Assembly: GCA_964016885.1 (NCBI GenBank)
Contig: OZ024741.1
Span: forward strand, 294,066,001-294,130,000
Length of the DNA stretch: 64,000 nt
Reading direction: 5' to 3'
Source: Eledone cirrhosa
Lineage: Eukaryota
The notes beneath the pieces are model-generated. The model was not told where the DNA came from. It worked only from the letters and a program-made list of their open reading frames with translations, and ran no database searches. Below are positions 39,347-52,595 of the stretch, one piece after another; position 1 is the first letter of the stretch, and every line of letters begins with the position of its first letter. The translations under genes and the position numbers were made by a program.

Positions 39347-40019
39347 GCACTATAACAACCACTTTACAGTGTGTGCTGTGTGCTTTTTGTTGTGATACCA
39401 ATCATGACCACTTTACACTAAAGGTTGAGGACTTTTTGTCATGGTACCAAAACAACCACTTTACAGAGATAACTTGTGATTGGGGAAGGGATGTAAAGGC
39501 ACGGGAGAAGGATAGAGGGATTAGGATGTGGGTTGAGTGTTAGAACATGGAAGCTTTATGGAAGGGGGAGGGATGATAGGGGTTGAGTGATGCATACTAG
39601 ATATATACTTCAACCCGTGCACATGGGAAGGTGTGTCTTATGTATTACTGCATAACACCAAAGATCTTGATTCTGTGTCATCACGTTTGTGAGATGCAAT
39701 ATATATATAAATATATATATATACACAAACACTTCATTTTTTTTATTGAATCACCACTCAGCTGAGCAGATTGATGCTGGAATTGGTTCCATAGCTTCCA
39801 TGAGTGTCCTTGAACCAATCATCTGCAAAATGCATGTATGAGGTTGATACTCAATAAAAACAAAAATAACTGTAAACGAAACTTATTTTTTTATCTGTTA
39901 GACACGCAGTGACTAACTACAGAATGTTTTAAGTCTGTGTGTCTGATATACATGCGTAGCTTGTGAATAAAAATTTCAAGGGATACCGCTGGCCGTGGTG
40001 ATGTCACCCAAACATCTTT

Positions 40020-40208
40020 TGTAATGTATCGCTAATTGTAATGTATTGGCTAATTTCATCGTCTTATTGGCTAATCAAACAACGAGAGTAATTGTTGCTC
40101 AAAACCATCCGCCACTTTGTTTCCATGTTTATTTATAGTTTCGCTTTCGAATCTTCCTCTAGTATTTCGTCGTTTTATCATCAAAATATTTTTCTCGTTT
40201 TGGTAAGT
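40020..40208 (+). promoter_or_regulatory. Candidate promoter and non-coding first exon
   Basis: ATTGGCTAAT at 40045 and 40066, YY1-like CCGCCACTTT at 40109, donor G/GTAAGT at 40202/40203, local CpG retention. Confidence 0.35.
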
Positions 40209-40412
40209 TATGTTAATTTATATATGATTTTTTTAAATTTATATTAACTATTAAAAGTCTGCAAATATTTTTATACATCTTACAATAATATTTATAAGAT
40301 CATTTATAAAATAACAATTATATAATCTAATTACATTACAACGATAATTTATTATTAATATATATCATGTTTAACTAGAGTTATTACAAGCGTTGCCTTA
40401 AAAAAATATTAA

Positions 40413-40848
40413 ACTAGACCTGAAAAATACGCAAGCTCAAAAGAGCCACAGAATGTTATAATAAACCTTCAAAAGTGTGGCACTAGAATTGTTGCTCAAA
40501 AATATTGTAATCATTATCTATCGTACACTTTGTGGCATCCTTTTATAAAAAAGAGACTCATAACGAACTCAAGACGACACGATAATTATTTATAATATAG
40601 AATTCGGTTTAAGTGCATTTCGTATTAATCATTACTAAACATCTAATATGAGATATTGAACATTAGCTTAAATAATTATAGTGTCGTCTTGAGTTCGTTA
40701 TGAGTCTCTTTTTTATAAAAGGATGCCACAGAGTGTACGATAGATAATGATTACAATATTTTTGAGCAACAACTATAGTACCACACTTTTGAAGGTTTAT
40801 TATAACATTCTGTGGCTCTTTGGAGCTTGCGCATTTTTCAGGTCTAGT
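40413..40848. mobile_element. MITE/fold-back element, arms about 180 bp
   Basis: ACTAGACCTGAAAAAT...ATTTTTCAGGTCTAGT; spacer about 40593-40668. Confidence 0.8.
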
Positions 40849-41305
40849 AATATATATGTGTGTGTGGGGGGGTGTGGTTATATAGAATTCATTTCTTCCC
40901 CTCTTAAATTTTGTATTCTCTACAATTCAACTCCCCTCTCCTTACTAACTATATTCTCTTTCCACTGACACTTTTTAAAATTTACTTCCTCTGTATCTCT
41001 TTCTCTCTACCTTACTGCGCTTATTCTCTCTCCATCTCGCCTTCTCCCAAATTTGCTACCCCTCTCTCAGATCCCTTGCCAGCCAGCACACATTCACGCT
41101 TACTAATGGTTAGGATTATTGACATACGATCATAATGTTTTCAGTTCAATTTCTGGGCAGGATTCCTGAGCAAAATACTGTATTTCATGTTGCTCCAGTA
41201 CACTCAGCTGAAATTGAGTGTTAGCAGTAGTTGGGGAGTTAAACATACAATAGACTGGCTTCCTATCAAGAGAAAGTATTGTACTCTCAGTTGCTTAATG
41301 CCAAG

Positions 41306-41701
41306 GTAACCATCTTGCCGACAACAACCCTGTATACCTTTTTGATATCCATGTGTCTAACACACGTGGGTATGCCTATAAAGTCAGAAAACAGCACAGC
41401 TTCCATAACTTTCGGAAACATTTTTTCACGCTCAGAGTTGCTGAAGCATGTAACAAAATACCTGCATCAGTTGTTAGCTGCCGAGACACTGCATCCTTTA
41501 AAACCTCCATCCTTCCTGAAATTTGCCAACACTACACTTAATATCCCCCCCCCTCCATACACACACACACGTGTATAACATAACTCATCACTGTTCACTT
41601 TCCTGACATTTGTACATTATTCTATGTACTATACATGCACTTTTGATAAGTTGTAGTGCACCTGAGCACTGTACACAATAATTTCATTATCATTATTATT
41701 A
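41306..41701 (+). mobile_element. CR1 3' fragment
   Basis: NTRGYAYKVRKQHSFHNFRKHFFTLRVAEACNKIP; (TTA)n tail. Confidence 0.88.
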
Positions 41702-41705
41702 AATA

Positions 41706-42110
41706 GGGCGGTGGATTGGCAGTATCAGTAGAGGGTCGGACGCCATGCTTTCCAGCATAGTTACGTCCCTTTACGATCTGAGTTCAAATCCTGCCGAGGT
41801 TGACTTTGCCTTTCGTCCTTACGGGGTCGATAAAATAAAGTACCAGTAATGCACTGGGTAATTGCTGGCCTTGTGCCTAAAGTATAAACAATTATTTTTA
41901 AATAGGGTGGTGGATTGGGCACCATACTTTGCAGCATAGAGTTACGGCCCTTTACGGTCTAAGTGCAAATCCCGCCGAGGTTAACTTTGCCTTTCATCCT
42001 TACAGGGGTCGATAAAATAAAGCACCAGTAATGTACTGAGGTCGATTTAATCGACTTTCTCCTCCCCCAAATTACTGGCCTTGTGCCTATACAAGAAATC
42101 ATTATTATTA
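41706..42110 (+). mobile_element. Two tandem Nin/Deu SINEs (41706-41897 and 41904-42110)
   Basis: Family match; the second has an extra GTCGATTTAATCGAC hairpin segment. Confidence 0.88.
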
Positions 42111-42399
42111 AATCAGGAATAAGCACTGGCCTGATGAGTCTTCAGCTTAAAATAGGCTTTAACTAACTTAATTCTTTCCCATTTCCTGTTATCCTCTATT
42201 GTGTCCTAGATCTAGTATTGTCAAATGAATAGAAACTTTTCTCTTTCTGTGAAGTAGGACTTTGTTTAAAACAACAGAGCTTAAGAAACTTTAAACTTAC
42301 CAATAAATAGAATGTTGCCAACACAGACTAACACTAGTCCACCTGGATTAGGTTTTTTGCTTGTGTTCATGTGCACATGTGTGTGTCTAACAATGCATA

Positions 42400-42830
42400 T
42401 ATACACAATCTGTATGTGAGTAATGATGCATACACACACAATGTGTGTGTGTGTGTGTAATAATGCACATACACACATAATGTGTGTATGAGTAATAATG
42501 CATACACACACATAATGTGTGTGTGAGTAATAATTGTTTCTACTTTAGGCACAAGGCCAGCAATAACCCAGTGCATTACTGGTACTTTATTTTATCGACC
42601 CCGTAAGGATGAAAGGCAAAGTCAACCTCGGCGGGATTTGAACTCAGATCATAAAGGGACGTAACTGAGTAATAATGCATACACATAATGTGTGTGTGAG
42701 TAATAATCTATACACACACATTGTGTGTGCATGTGTACTAATGCATACACACACAATATGTGTGTGTATGTGTGTAATAATGCATACACAGACAATGTGT
42801 GCATTGAAGCATATGTCATACGTGTAATAA
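42400..42830. repeat. Minisatellite (about 30-35 bp, TAATAATGCATACACACA-ATGTGTG) with a minus-strand Nin/Deu SINE at about 42527-42665
   Basis: Direct observation. Confidence 0.8.
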
Positions 42831-44528
42831 TGATGAAATCTGGAAACCTTCTGCTACTTCTTACTACTTCATTCAGAATATGTATATATTAATTTCCTCT
42901 AACCACTTTTGTCACAGTGTTAACTTATGAAATGGCTCTCAATACAACTTCGTTATATAGACTTTATTAGCTTATCTAATTTGAGCAAAAAATGAATAAT
43001 GAAAACATATATTGATTTTGTTTCTTTTTTTTTTTCTTTTTTTTTTTAGTGAGGGGGTTATACTTGATGTTGTTGTTGTTATTGTTACTATTATCCCTAA
43101 AGCATTATTGATTGGTTAGTTTAATATCTCAAGCCCTTACATCTATAATGTTCTTCTCTCACTTGACCAGGTATTTTTATTAGAACAAATTCACCATGTG
43201 GTGTTATTGTTTGTTGTTAAGTAACAGTAAAAGTGAAGAAAGTAGCCTTAGAATCTGTTGTTGTCCTGGTTTGTGTTTTTATCCAGTCCCTGTCCTCCCT
43301 CTACCCGTTGGCCATAGCTATAGCTAGAACTATGGCTAGAGCTGTTATTTCAAATGTGGAGGTGAAGTATTATTGTTTGCTTATAACATTAGCATTCCAT
43401 CCTCTCCACCTCTACTGTTTCTTTCTCTTTCTCACTCTGTTTTTCTCTACCTCCCCTCTCTCTCTCTCCCTCTCTCACTACCCTCTTTCAGTGTCTAGGA
43501 AAGAAAATGAATGTTTCCTTATTAAGTGTAATCTTGTGGAAATATTTATTTTCCACAGTTAAATGACCGTACCAGTTCTACAAGTGTCGACTTGTTTACA
43601 GTTTCCCAGGTCATCGATATACAATATATACACAGCTACAGGCACCATTGCATTTTCAGGTCTTTGTAGACACAATCATGGTGGCTGACTACTAAAGAAG
43701 TTCACTTGATGTTTACTGTTGCCCAGGTCATCGATGTATGATACATACTCAACTACAGGTTCCATTCCAGGTTCAGGCCTTTGTAGGTTCAACTGAAAAT
43801 GAGTACCAGCAATAGCTAGGAGTTTAACCCTACGATGGACTAGTATCCAGCCCAAAGGCAGTCTTGTACTTTCAGTTGCTTTATGCCACAGAAACCTAGA
43901 TAAACACCAGCCTGGTAAGCTTCCAGGCATAAGACAGAATTTAGACTCTTTTTCTTTTAAGAAAGTAAGTTCTCTCTGATCAATGTCTGGAATATCTTCT
44001 ATCATAAGTCCTCTCAATGAAAGTTGATCTAAAGATAAACAGCAACAACAAAATAAATGACACAAGTCAACAAGATAGTCTCAACATGGTCTTACAACCA
44101 ACTAGAGTTAATAGCGAAATCTCCCTCAACTCACACTGTACCATCCTATATAACAAAGTAAATATTGTGTAATTTACTCCAGGATACCTAAATGAAGAAA
44201 CCAGAAAAAGTTGTCACAGGAAAACAAATCTCAATATATGAATGATTAAATTTTTTGTTCTATTTCATTTTTTTATTTAAGCTATCTATATATAAATTTG
44301 AGCAACTTCCATCTGTCTGTCACACAATGTGTGTGTGTTTGTGTGAATGTATGTGTGTGTAAAAGGAAGGAAGGAAGGGGTTGGTGTAAAAACTATAGCA
44401 AAACAGCAGCTAGCGTTCCATTTGCTACTGTGTGTGTGTGTGTGAGAGTGTATGTGCATGTTTGTGCGAATGTATGACTGTGAGTATGTATTTTTGTGTG
44501 TCTGTATTTGCACATTTATATTTATATA

Positions 44529-44563
<35 letters not shown>

Positions 44564-45581
44564 ATGATGATGATGATGCGTATGCACATACACACATGCT
44601 CACACACATACACATATGTGTCAGCATGTTGAAAAAAATCCTAGTTAAATAACATGGAATTTTGATTTTTTTTTTTTTTTATATATGTGTAATGTCATTA
44701 TCATCATCATCACCAATGTCATCCTTTTACATCTGCTTTCCATGCTGTTATATGAGGGGCCCACCAAACATGAACTGCCTCAGATCCCACAAGGTCTAAA
44801 TGTGGCCATGTGTGTATCTAAATGAATCAATACATGTTTAGAATTTAATATGCAAGCATGGCTCAGTGGGTAGGAAGATCACTTCAGGAACATAAGTTCA
44901 TGGGTTTAATTCCATTTTGAAGAATCTTGAACAAGTTCTGTTTACCATAGGTTTGTGTTGACTCAAGCCTTGTGAAGAAGGTTTGGCTAAACAGAAACGG
45001 TATGCAATCTCATCAGATGGATTATACATGTCATGCAAAGGGGTATCCTTTGCATCATATTTTGTCACTCTGATTTCATTTGAGAATTATGTCAAGGATA
45101 CTGATGTCTGTGGAATACTCGGCCACTTTTCATGCTAATCCAATAGGTAGGGTGTTTAGTTAAATGAACAACTGGACACATATATATCATTCGCAATGGG
45201 AGGGTATATCATGTGTTTATAGCTGTGTATAAATTATAATTAACTGTGTGTATATGTTTATAATTAACTGTATATGTATGTTTATAATTGAATGTGTGTG
45301 TTTATAATTGAATGTATGTGGGTGTGTATGTGTGTGCATTTTTATAATTAAATACGTGTGTGTGTGTGTTTAATTTACCATGTGTGTGGTTCTATCAACT
45401 TGTGTGTATGTGATTATAATCAAATGTGTTTTATGTTTTTATAATTGAATATGTGGTGTATATATGTGTAAATGTTGATTTACCTCCAGCATAAATATTG
45501 TAATTAACATGCAAAATGTGTGTGCATATATGTATAAATATGTGTGTGTATCTGTATATACATACATAACATACACGTGTA

Positions 45582-45655
<74 letters not shown>

Positions 45656-45677
45656 CATACATACATACATACATACA

Positions 45678-45709
<32 letters not shown>

Positions 45710-45740
45710 CATACATACATACATACACAGACACACACAC

Positions 45741-45771
<31 letters not shown>

Positions 45772-46260
45772 TACATGTGTATGTATATATATATGCATAT
45801 ATGTTTAGGTACATATATATATATATATATATTTTTTTTTTATGTGCAAATACATGTGTGTTTGTGTGAGGTGGAATATGATTGCTTTTTTATCACATTA
45901 AATCAATGGTCACTCATGCATAAACATGATGTGCTTTATGCATGTATGTAAACATGCCTTATAGTTATGGGTCTTTACTTGAATAGGCTGGCTTGTGTGT
46001 ATGTTTATCCTTGCCTGTACATTACAGAAAGAAAGTGTATGTTTGTGTATATGTAGCTGTTTACTGTATTTAGCAAAGGAGTCGTTGATGTGAAAGTTTG
46101 GTTGCCTGCCTTAATTATCTCCAATCTCAGCTGTGTTTCACTTATCCTGTTAAACAATAAAGTTAACATACAAATACATAAACACACACACTCACACATA
46201 CTCACAAATACACATACACCCCCCTCTCTCTCTCTATATATATATATATATGTATGTATG

Positions 46261-46322
<62 letters not shown>

Positions 46323-46879
46323 TATGCATGCATATATATACATATATATACACTTATATATACATATATATATATTTATATATATATATATATGCATATA
46401 CATATATATATATTTATATATATATATGCATATACATATATATATATATATATATATTGACACATTCATGTGCAAACACATATACATAACATACAAACAC
46501 ACACATAATATATATACATGTAATGGATTTTTAAATTAGAATAATTCTACAGTTAAACCTTAAATACCAGTGAGCAGAAGTTATACAATTCCATACGCCA
46601 TTGTCACATCTATGAATTTTACTGAGTGATGATGAAGCAATGCTGCTAAAAAAAGTATTATGCTCTTGAAAACTAAATCCATATTTAAATAATTCTTTAA
46701 CTTTATTATATTTTCACTCAATTCTATTTTATTTTCGTTTGTATTTTAATCATTTGAAATATTCATTAGCGATGTAAAATGGTTTGAATTCTATAAGTTA
46801 TATCATTTTTTGGCTCTGTTTCTTAGATTTGTCATTAAAATATTTGTAATGAACATTTCATAATCATCATCATCATTAG

Positions 46880-47006
46880 CTTCTTCTTCTTCTTCTTCTT
46901 CTTCTTCTTCTTCTTCTTCTTCTTCTTCTTCTTCTTCTTCTTCTTCTTCTTCTTCTTCTTCTTCTTCTTCTTCTTCTTCTTCTTCTTCTTCTTCTTCTTC
47001 TTCTTC
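46880..47006. repeat. (TTC)n microsatellite
   Basis: Perfect run. Confidence 0.98.
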
Positions 47007-47496
47007 AGTCTATTAGGAGTTTAGTTGTGATTGCTTTTGTGAGGGATGGGTGATTGTGTTGTTGGTGGTGGTAGTCTGTGATGATGTTTTTGTTGGTGTT
47101 GTTAGTTTTGTATTGTATAACTGAATAATTTTACATATCCCAAGATATTTCTAGCTATCTTGTGTATGTATTCTTTCATTGGTTTTGGTTATTAGATTGC
47201 AGCCATACTGGGGCACTACCTCAGAGTTACTTTACCATATTTTCAGTATGGTAACATATTTCATAGATCTCAATACTATTATCCAAGGAGAGGAAGTTTA
47301 TATTGACATGGAGATGGCCTTGCTCGATTTATCAAAAATGGGTCAGGCAAAAATTACTTTAGATCTATACAGGAGGTGAGGTGAGATTACAGATAAGTTA
47401 ACAAAGAAGTTAGACTTTATATACAGGCAGATATGTAGAAGTAAGCACTAAAAACACATGTAAAATAGATTAACTAAGTTGCAAGGGAAGTTTCCT

Positions 47497-47800
47497 AGAA
47501 GTTGTTGACAGATTTTATTACCTTGCTGATCTAATGAGTATTAGAGGAAGGTTGCTCTGAAAGTGTGATAGCCAGAGTAAGAACAAGCTGGGAGATGTTT
47601 AGTGAATTGGTACTTCTGCTGGAAGCAAAAGGTTTCTCTCCCAGAGTAAAGGGTAGACTGTATGATGCCTGCATGCAAACTGCAATGCTACATGGCAGTG
47701 AGACATGGACTTTGGCTACAGAAGACCTGAGAAGGCTAGAAAGAAATGGAGTATGCTCCAATAGATGAGTAACATTAATGTGTATGAACTGAAAAGCATA
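47497..47800 (+). mobile_element. Older RTE-A/B-related fragment
   Basis: [20 protein letters not shown]. Confidence 0.85.
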
Positions 47801-49885
47801 AATGAGTAGTCAGTGGCCCTATCCCACTAGATGGAACCTTTGGCAAGTCCCTTCTTCTATAATTTTGAGTCAATCAACACATTGAGTGTGATATTTGTTT
47901 ACATTCTCTATCAATACATCCTGTTGGAATCAGGAATGATATCTGGTCTTAAAAATCTGCTTCAAAAACTCTTGCCCAACACATACCAGCTTGATAATGT
48001 TAACATAAAACTGATGACTATAATGATGAGGGAGAGGAGGAGGATTTTATTATATTAAAAAAAATGTTTTAAAATATTGCTTTTATAGTTAAAATTCTTA
48101 TTAAACCTTTAAGTCCAACCAGCAGACATGAAATTTGTTTTTATATAATTTATTCATTTATTATTATTTTTATTATTATTTTTGTATTGTATTGTCTGTT
48201 ATAAATTCATCTGAATGAAACTGTGGAGTCTGATAGTCTCTGAATTAATAGTTTTGTCTCAGTATCATTACCCTCTCATACACATTGCACTTTCAAATGA
48301 AATTTTAAAACAAATTCTTTTGCAAAAAAATATTTCTTGCTTTGTGTGTGTGTTTGCAACAGAGTATCTCTCTGTCTTTCTCACCACTGAATTGTGTTAA
48401 TTTTACAACAATGTCTAACAGAAGCAAATCTCCTTTAACAAATTCTGCCTGCAGCTTTCATTTCGTTGTGTATCAGAGATAGAAAAACTTGTTTTTTCTA
48501 TGCCCTGAAATACTAAAGAGATACTAAAGAAAGTAAGCTTTTGTAATAAGGAATACCACCAAAATCTCCAACTAAACTATTGAATAAATTAAGGCTTGTT
48601 GCTGTTTTTATTATTGTTATTGTTGTTATAGTTGCTGTAATAACACTTTTTCCCTTGCTTTAAGGGTTTTCTAAAAGGAACATGTTTAGCTCACCAACTG
48701 TAAGCTTATAAAAGATTGTATATTTTACAACTCTGTTGGCAGCAGATATTTATGCCTGAGGGAAAGATTAATTTGGAAATAAGTTCTGGCTCTCTTCTTA
48801 TAATTATCCTTGCAATTGTAAGACAAATACTTATGCCAGATATACTTAAAATTAAAAAAAAACACTTGCAAGTTAATTAAACATTTGTCAATTATCAATC
48901 TTCCTACTACTTACAGCAGTGAAACTGTACCTAATGAAGTGGGAAAGATTGAGTGTTGGGGTAGTATTCTCTTCATGTATAAGCTAACAAAACACTTGTT
49001 AATGATACACTGCTCCTACTGTTTAAAGCAATTAACTAGGACCATCAAAAGATACATTTTTACACCATAGAGGAATGAATAAGCAAGGTTTAAGAGTCTT
49101 GGTCATTGAAACAAAGACCTCTGAGAGAAATTTTCCAAATTGGAACATGATGCTTTCAGGCACCAAGAATTAGAGGTGAGGATCTCCTCTCAAAACTCAA
49201 AGGGATTGAGATGATTTTTTTTATTGAGGGTGAAGCACCAAATATTCACAGCTCTAAAGATATAAAGAAGGGGATTTACCCTTCCTCCTCACATGAAGAT
49301 AATGGCAATCATAGATGCTGATTGATACTGTATTGTATTTGAGTTATATAAAAAAAATATCTCCTAAAATTCTGCTACTTGGGAACAACTTCACGAAACT
49401 ATAAAATCTGAACCAGAACAATTCTAATTCATTATATCAATAATTTACTTTCCACTACAAAGACAAAAAAATTATTTCCAATAAAATTTCTACAGATATT
49501 CCAGAATTCTCCCTGTAACTATGCATCAAACATATCTCGTAACTAAATAAATCAAGTCCTTTAATGTTAAAAGATTTGTTAAAAATAAAGTTTCGCTACA
49601 AGTAATACCAAAGCGTATTGCCAATAATTTTCTATTTTTATATCTAGCTTGTCTCTCTTTCATTGCAAGTTCCTTTCATAAAAGCCCCCTTTATGTTATA
49701 AGTCTCCATATGTCTTGAAGGAATACTGTAGTCATGACATCTATCTAATGAAGAGTTATTTATGAATATATTATATACACACATACACACATCTATATAT
49801 ATATACTGTATTTATTTATATATATATATACTGTGTATGTGTAGATATATATATATACTCTCTGTATATATTAAATATATATATA

Positions 49886-50520
49886 TAAGAGGGATCAGAT
49901 GTTGTTTACTCGAGAGAAGACTACGTTGGTATGGTCACGTGATGTGCATGAAAGATAACAGCTGTATAAAAAAGTGCAGGGCAATAAAAATAGGAGTAGG
50001 CAGACCCAGAAAAACCTGGGACGACTTGATAAATTCCGACCTCACACACTTACACCTCTCCAAGACAATGTCACTGGACCGAGATCTTTGACGCTACACA
50101 GTAATACAGAAGACCCGCCTTGCCTAAGTACAAAGTAAAACCTACTACAGTCAGTAGGCACCTCTAACAAAATACACCCCCGTCCCACAGCCCCACCCCA
50201 TCCACAAAACCCCTTTCGATGTAAAGTTATGTTGGTGCCACAACATCCAGTCCGAAATAAATGAAGTTGTGTAGGTGTCACGAAAAAAAAAAAACACACA
50301 GTCCACGCTGTAATGTGGCCATGTAGGTAACACAGTAAAAACCTCCCAGTCCACACTGTAAACGTGGTTGGTATTAGGAAGAGCATCCAGCCGTAGAAAA
50401 CCCGCCAGACAGTCCTATACGAGCAAGACAACCAATCTTGCCTCAAGTGGGAAAACTCCCGTCCAAACCCATGCAAGCGTGGAAGATGAACGTTAAACGA
50501 TGATGATGATGATGATGATA
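49886..50520 (+). mobile_element. RTE-A 3' fragment
   Basis: [14 protein letters not shown] plus full 3'UTR. Confidence 0.9.
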
Positions 50521-50532
50521 ATGATATATGTA

Positions 50533-51011
50533 TCATCATCGTTTAACGTCTATCTTCCACACTAGCATGGGTATATCATCATCATCATCATCATCATCAT
50601 CGTTTAACGTCCATTTTCCACGCTTGCATGGGTTTGGATGGGAGTTTTCCCACCTGAGGCAAGATTGGTTGTCCTGCTCGTATAGGACTGTCTGGCGGGT
50701 TTTCTACGGCTGGATGCCCTTCGTAACACCAACCACGTCTACAGTGTGGACTGGGAGGTTTTCTCCGTGTTACCTACACGGCCACATTACAGCGTGGACT
50801 GTGTGTTATTTTGTTGTGACACCTACACGTCTGGCGGGTTTTCTACTACTGCATGCCCTTCCCAACACCAACCACGTTTACAGTGTGTACTGGGAGGTTT
50901 TTACTGTGTTACCTACACGGCCACATTACAGCGTGGACTGTGTGTTTTTTTTTTTTTGTTGTGACACCTACACAACCTCATTTGTTTCAGACTGGATGTT
51001 GTGGTACCAAC
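50533..51011 (-). mobile_element. RTE-A mini-tail (50533-50572) and 3'UTR fragment with internal duplication (50576-51011)
   Basis: Reverse complement of the preceding 3'UTR; tail-to-tail arrangement. Confidence 0.88.
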
Positions 51012-51297
51012 ATATATATATAAGTACTGTGTGTGTGTGTGTGTATATATTTGTCTAGTTAATTTCTATGGGCTAAAAGGAATGACTATATAAATTTTAT
51101 CTGACTGTTCATCGCGGAAAATAGTCTGTATTATTTGTCTATTATTTCTTCATAGTTAGATTTTAAACTTATAGCCTCGTTTAAATGATTATTTATGAGG
51201 TTGATTTCTATGGACTAGGGAGAAGAAAGACTGTGTATATTTTATCTAATAATTCTTCAAACTTGCAATTTTATATATATGTATATATATATATAAG

Positions 51298-51782
51298 AAA
51301 ATATCAGTGGATGTGAAAAGGAAAAAGGAAAAGAGAGCTCAATCAAGTATGAGAGCTGATATATTATATTATATATTTATATTCATACATGGAACAAAAT
51401 CGCTAACTAAGGTTCGAAGGCTGAATTTTTACCATCTCCCCAGATTTTGAGAGCAATCAAATTTGTGACCTAGTTTTGATGAGTTTGAAGATATCATTAT
51501 AAATATACCATACTAAACGTTTATGAAAATCTAGTATAACGAAGGGAAATAACTCAAAGATATGAAACTGAAAATGGCTATGTTAGTGTTAGTGTGTGCA
51601 CAAGATAGCAGATGTATGGTATTATGAGGAAGTATGTAATACAGAGTTATTCAAAATTGAGCCTTGGAAATGTATGTAGCGCTTTTGTTCCATGAATGAA
51701 CATGAATAAATATAATATATCAGCTCTCATACCTGATTTTGTACTATTTTCCATCTTTCTTTTTCACATCCACTGATATTTT
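51298..51782. repeat. MITE-like element with diverged inverted arms of about 105 bp within (TA)n
   Basis: AAATATCAGTGGATGTGAAAA..TATGAGAGCTGATATATTATA versus TATAATATATCAGCTCTCATA..TTTTCACATCCACTGATATTT. Confidence 0.8.
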
Positions 51783-51799
51783 ACTATACACACACATAT

Positions 51800-51837
<38 letters not shown>

Positions 51838-52311
51838 CAAGAAAACATCCGCTCGCATTACCGTTATGTCTTCCTGTTTTCTAAACGCAATATTTGATCA
51901 TAATTTTTCTCAGTTTCAGATGATCCCTCTTAGGATGAAAGCAAAAATTCATGGCGTAAACTTTTAATCCATACTAACAATTGAACATTTACTATGTAAA
52001 CCATCTCTTCTCAATTTTTCTGTGATATTTGAGGTATTTCAATATATCATACATCATATCTACCTTGAGTTTTTCTGCTTCAGTTTGATGCATTCCATCT
52101 ACCTCCATTCATCCATGCAGACTGTATACTGCCTCTACACTAAATATCAGACTTTGTTTGATAACTTTTATAAATGAATGCATAATCATGTATGTATGGT
52201 GTGAGTGCATATGTGTGTGTATGTATGGATAGATAGATATTTATATATGTATCATCATCACCATCGTCATTTGAACATCAGCTTTCCCTGTTAGCAAGGG
52301 TTAAAGGGTTA

Positions 52312-52345
<34 letters not shown>

Positions 52346-52486
52346 ATAATGAGTTGATGGACCCAGCATATTTATCAATGCCAGTTGTATCTCAGTGTAC
52401 TCAATAGGCAATATAGGATACATTCCCAGAGTATACACATAGTTATTCGCTTCAATACAACACACGTAAAAAAGGTGCCTATAATA

Positions 52487-52512
52487 GTTCTCCGACTCGA
52501 GTTTCGGCCACG
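52487..52512 (-). ncRNA. 3' half of hammerhead motif, truncated by (TA)n
   Basis: GGCC-GAAAC-TCGA-GTC-GGAGAAC; palindromic stem III and GUC triplet. Confidence 0.45.
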
Positions 52513-52565
<53 letters not shown>

Positions 52566-52595
52566 AAAATTTCGCTCTACAAGGCTGAATACAAA

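Larger units (their letters stand above)
36864..39470 (-). mobile_element. Old SINE-A-like copy split by the LTR element (36864-37091 and 39347-39470)
   Basis: CACTTTACAGTG units continue on both sides of the insertion. Confidence 0.7.
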
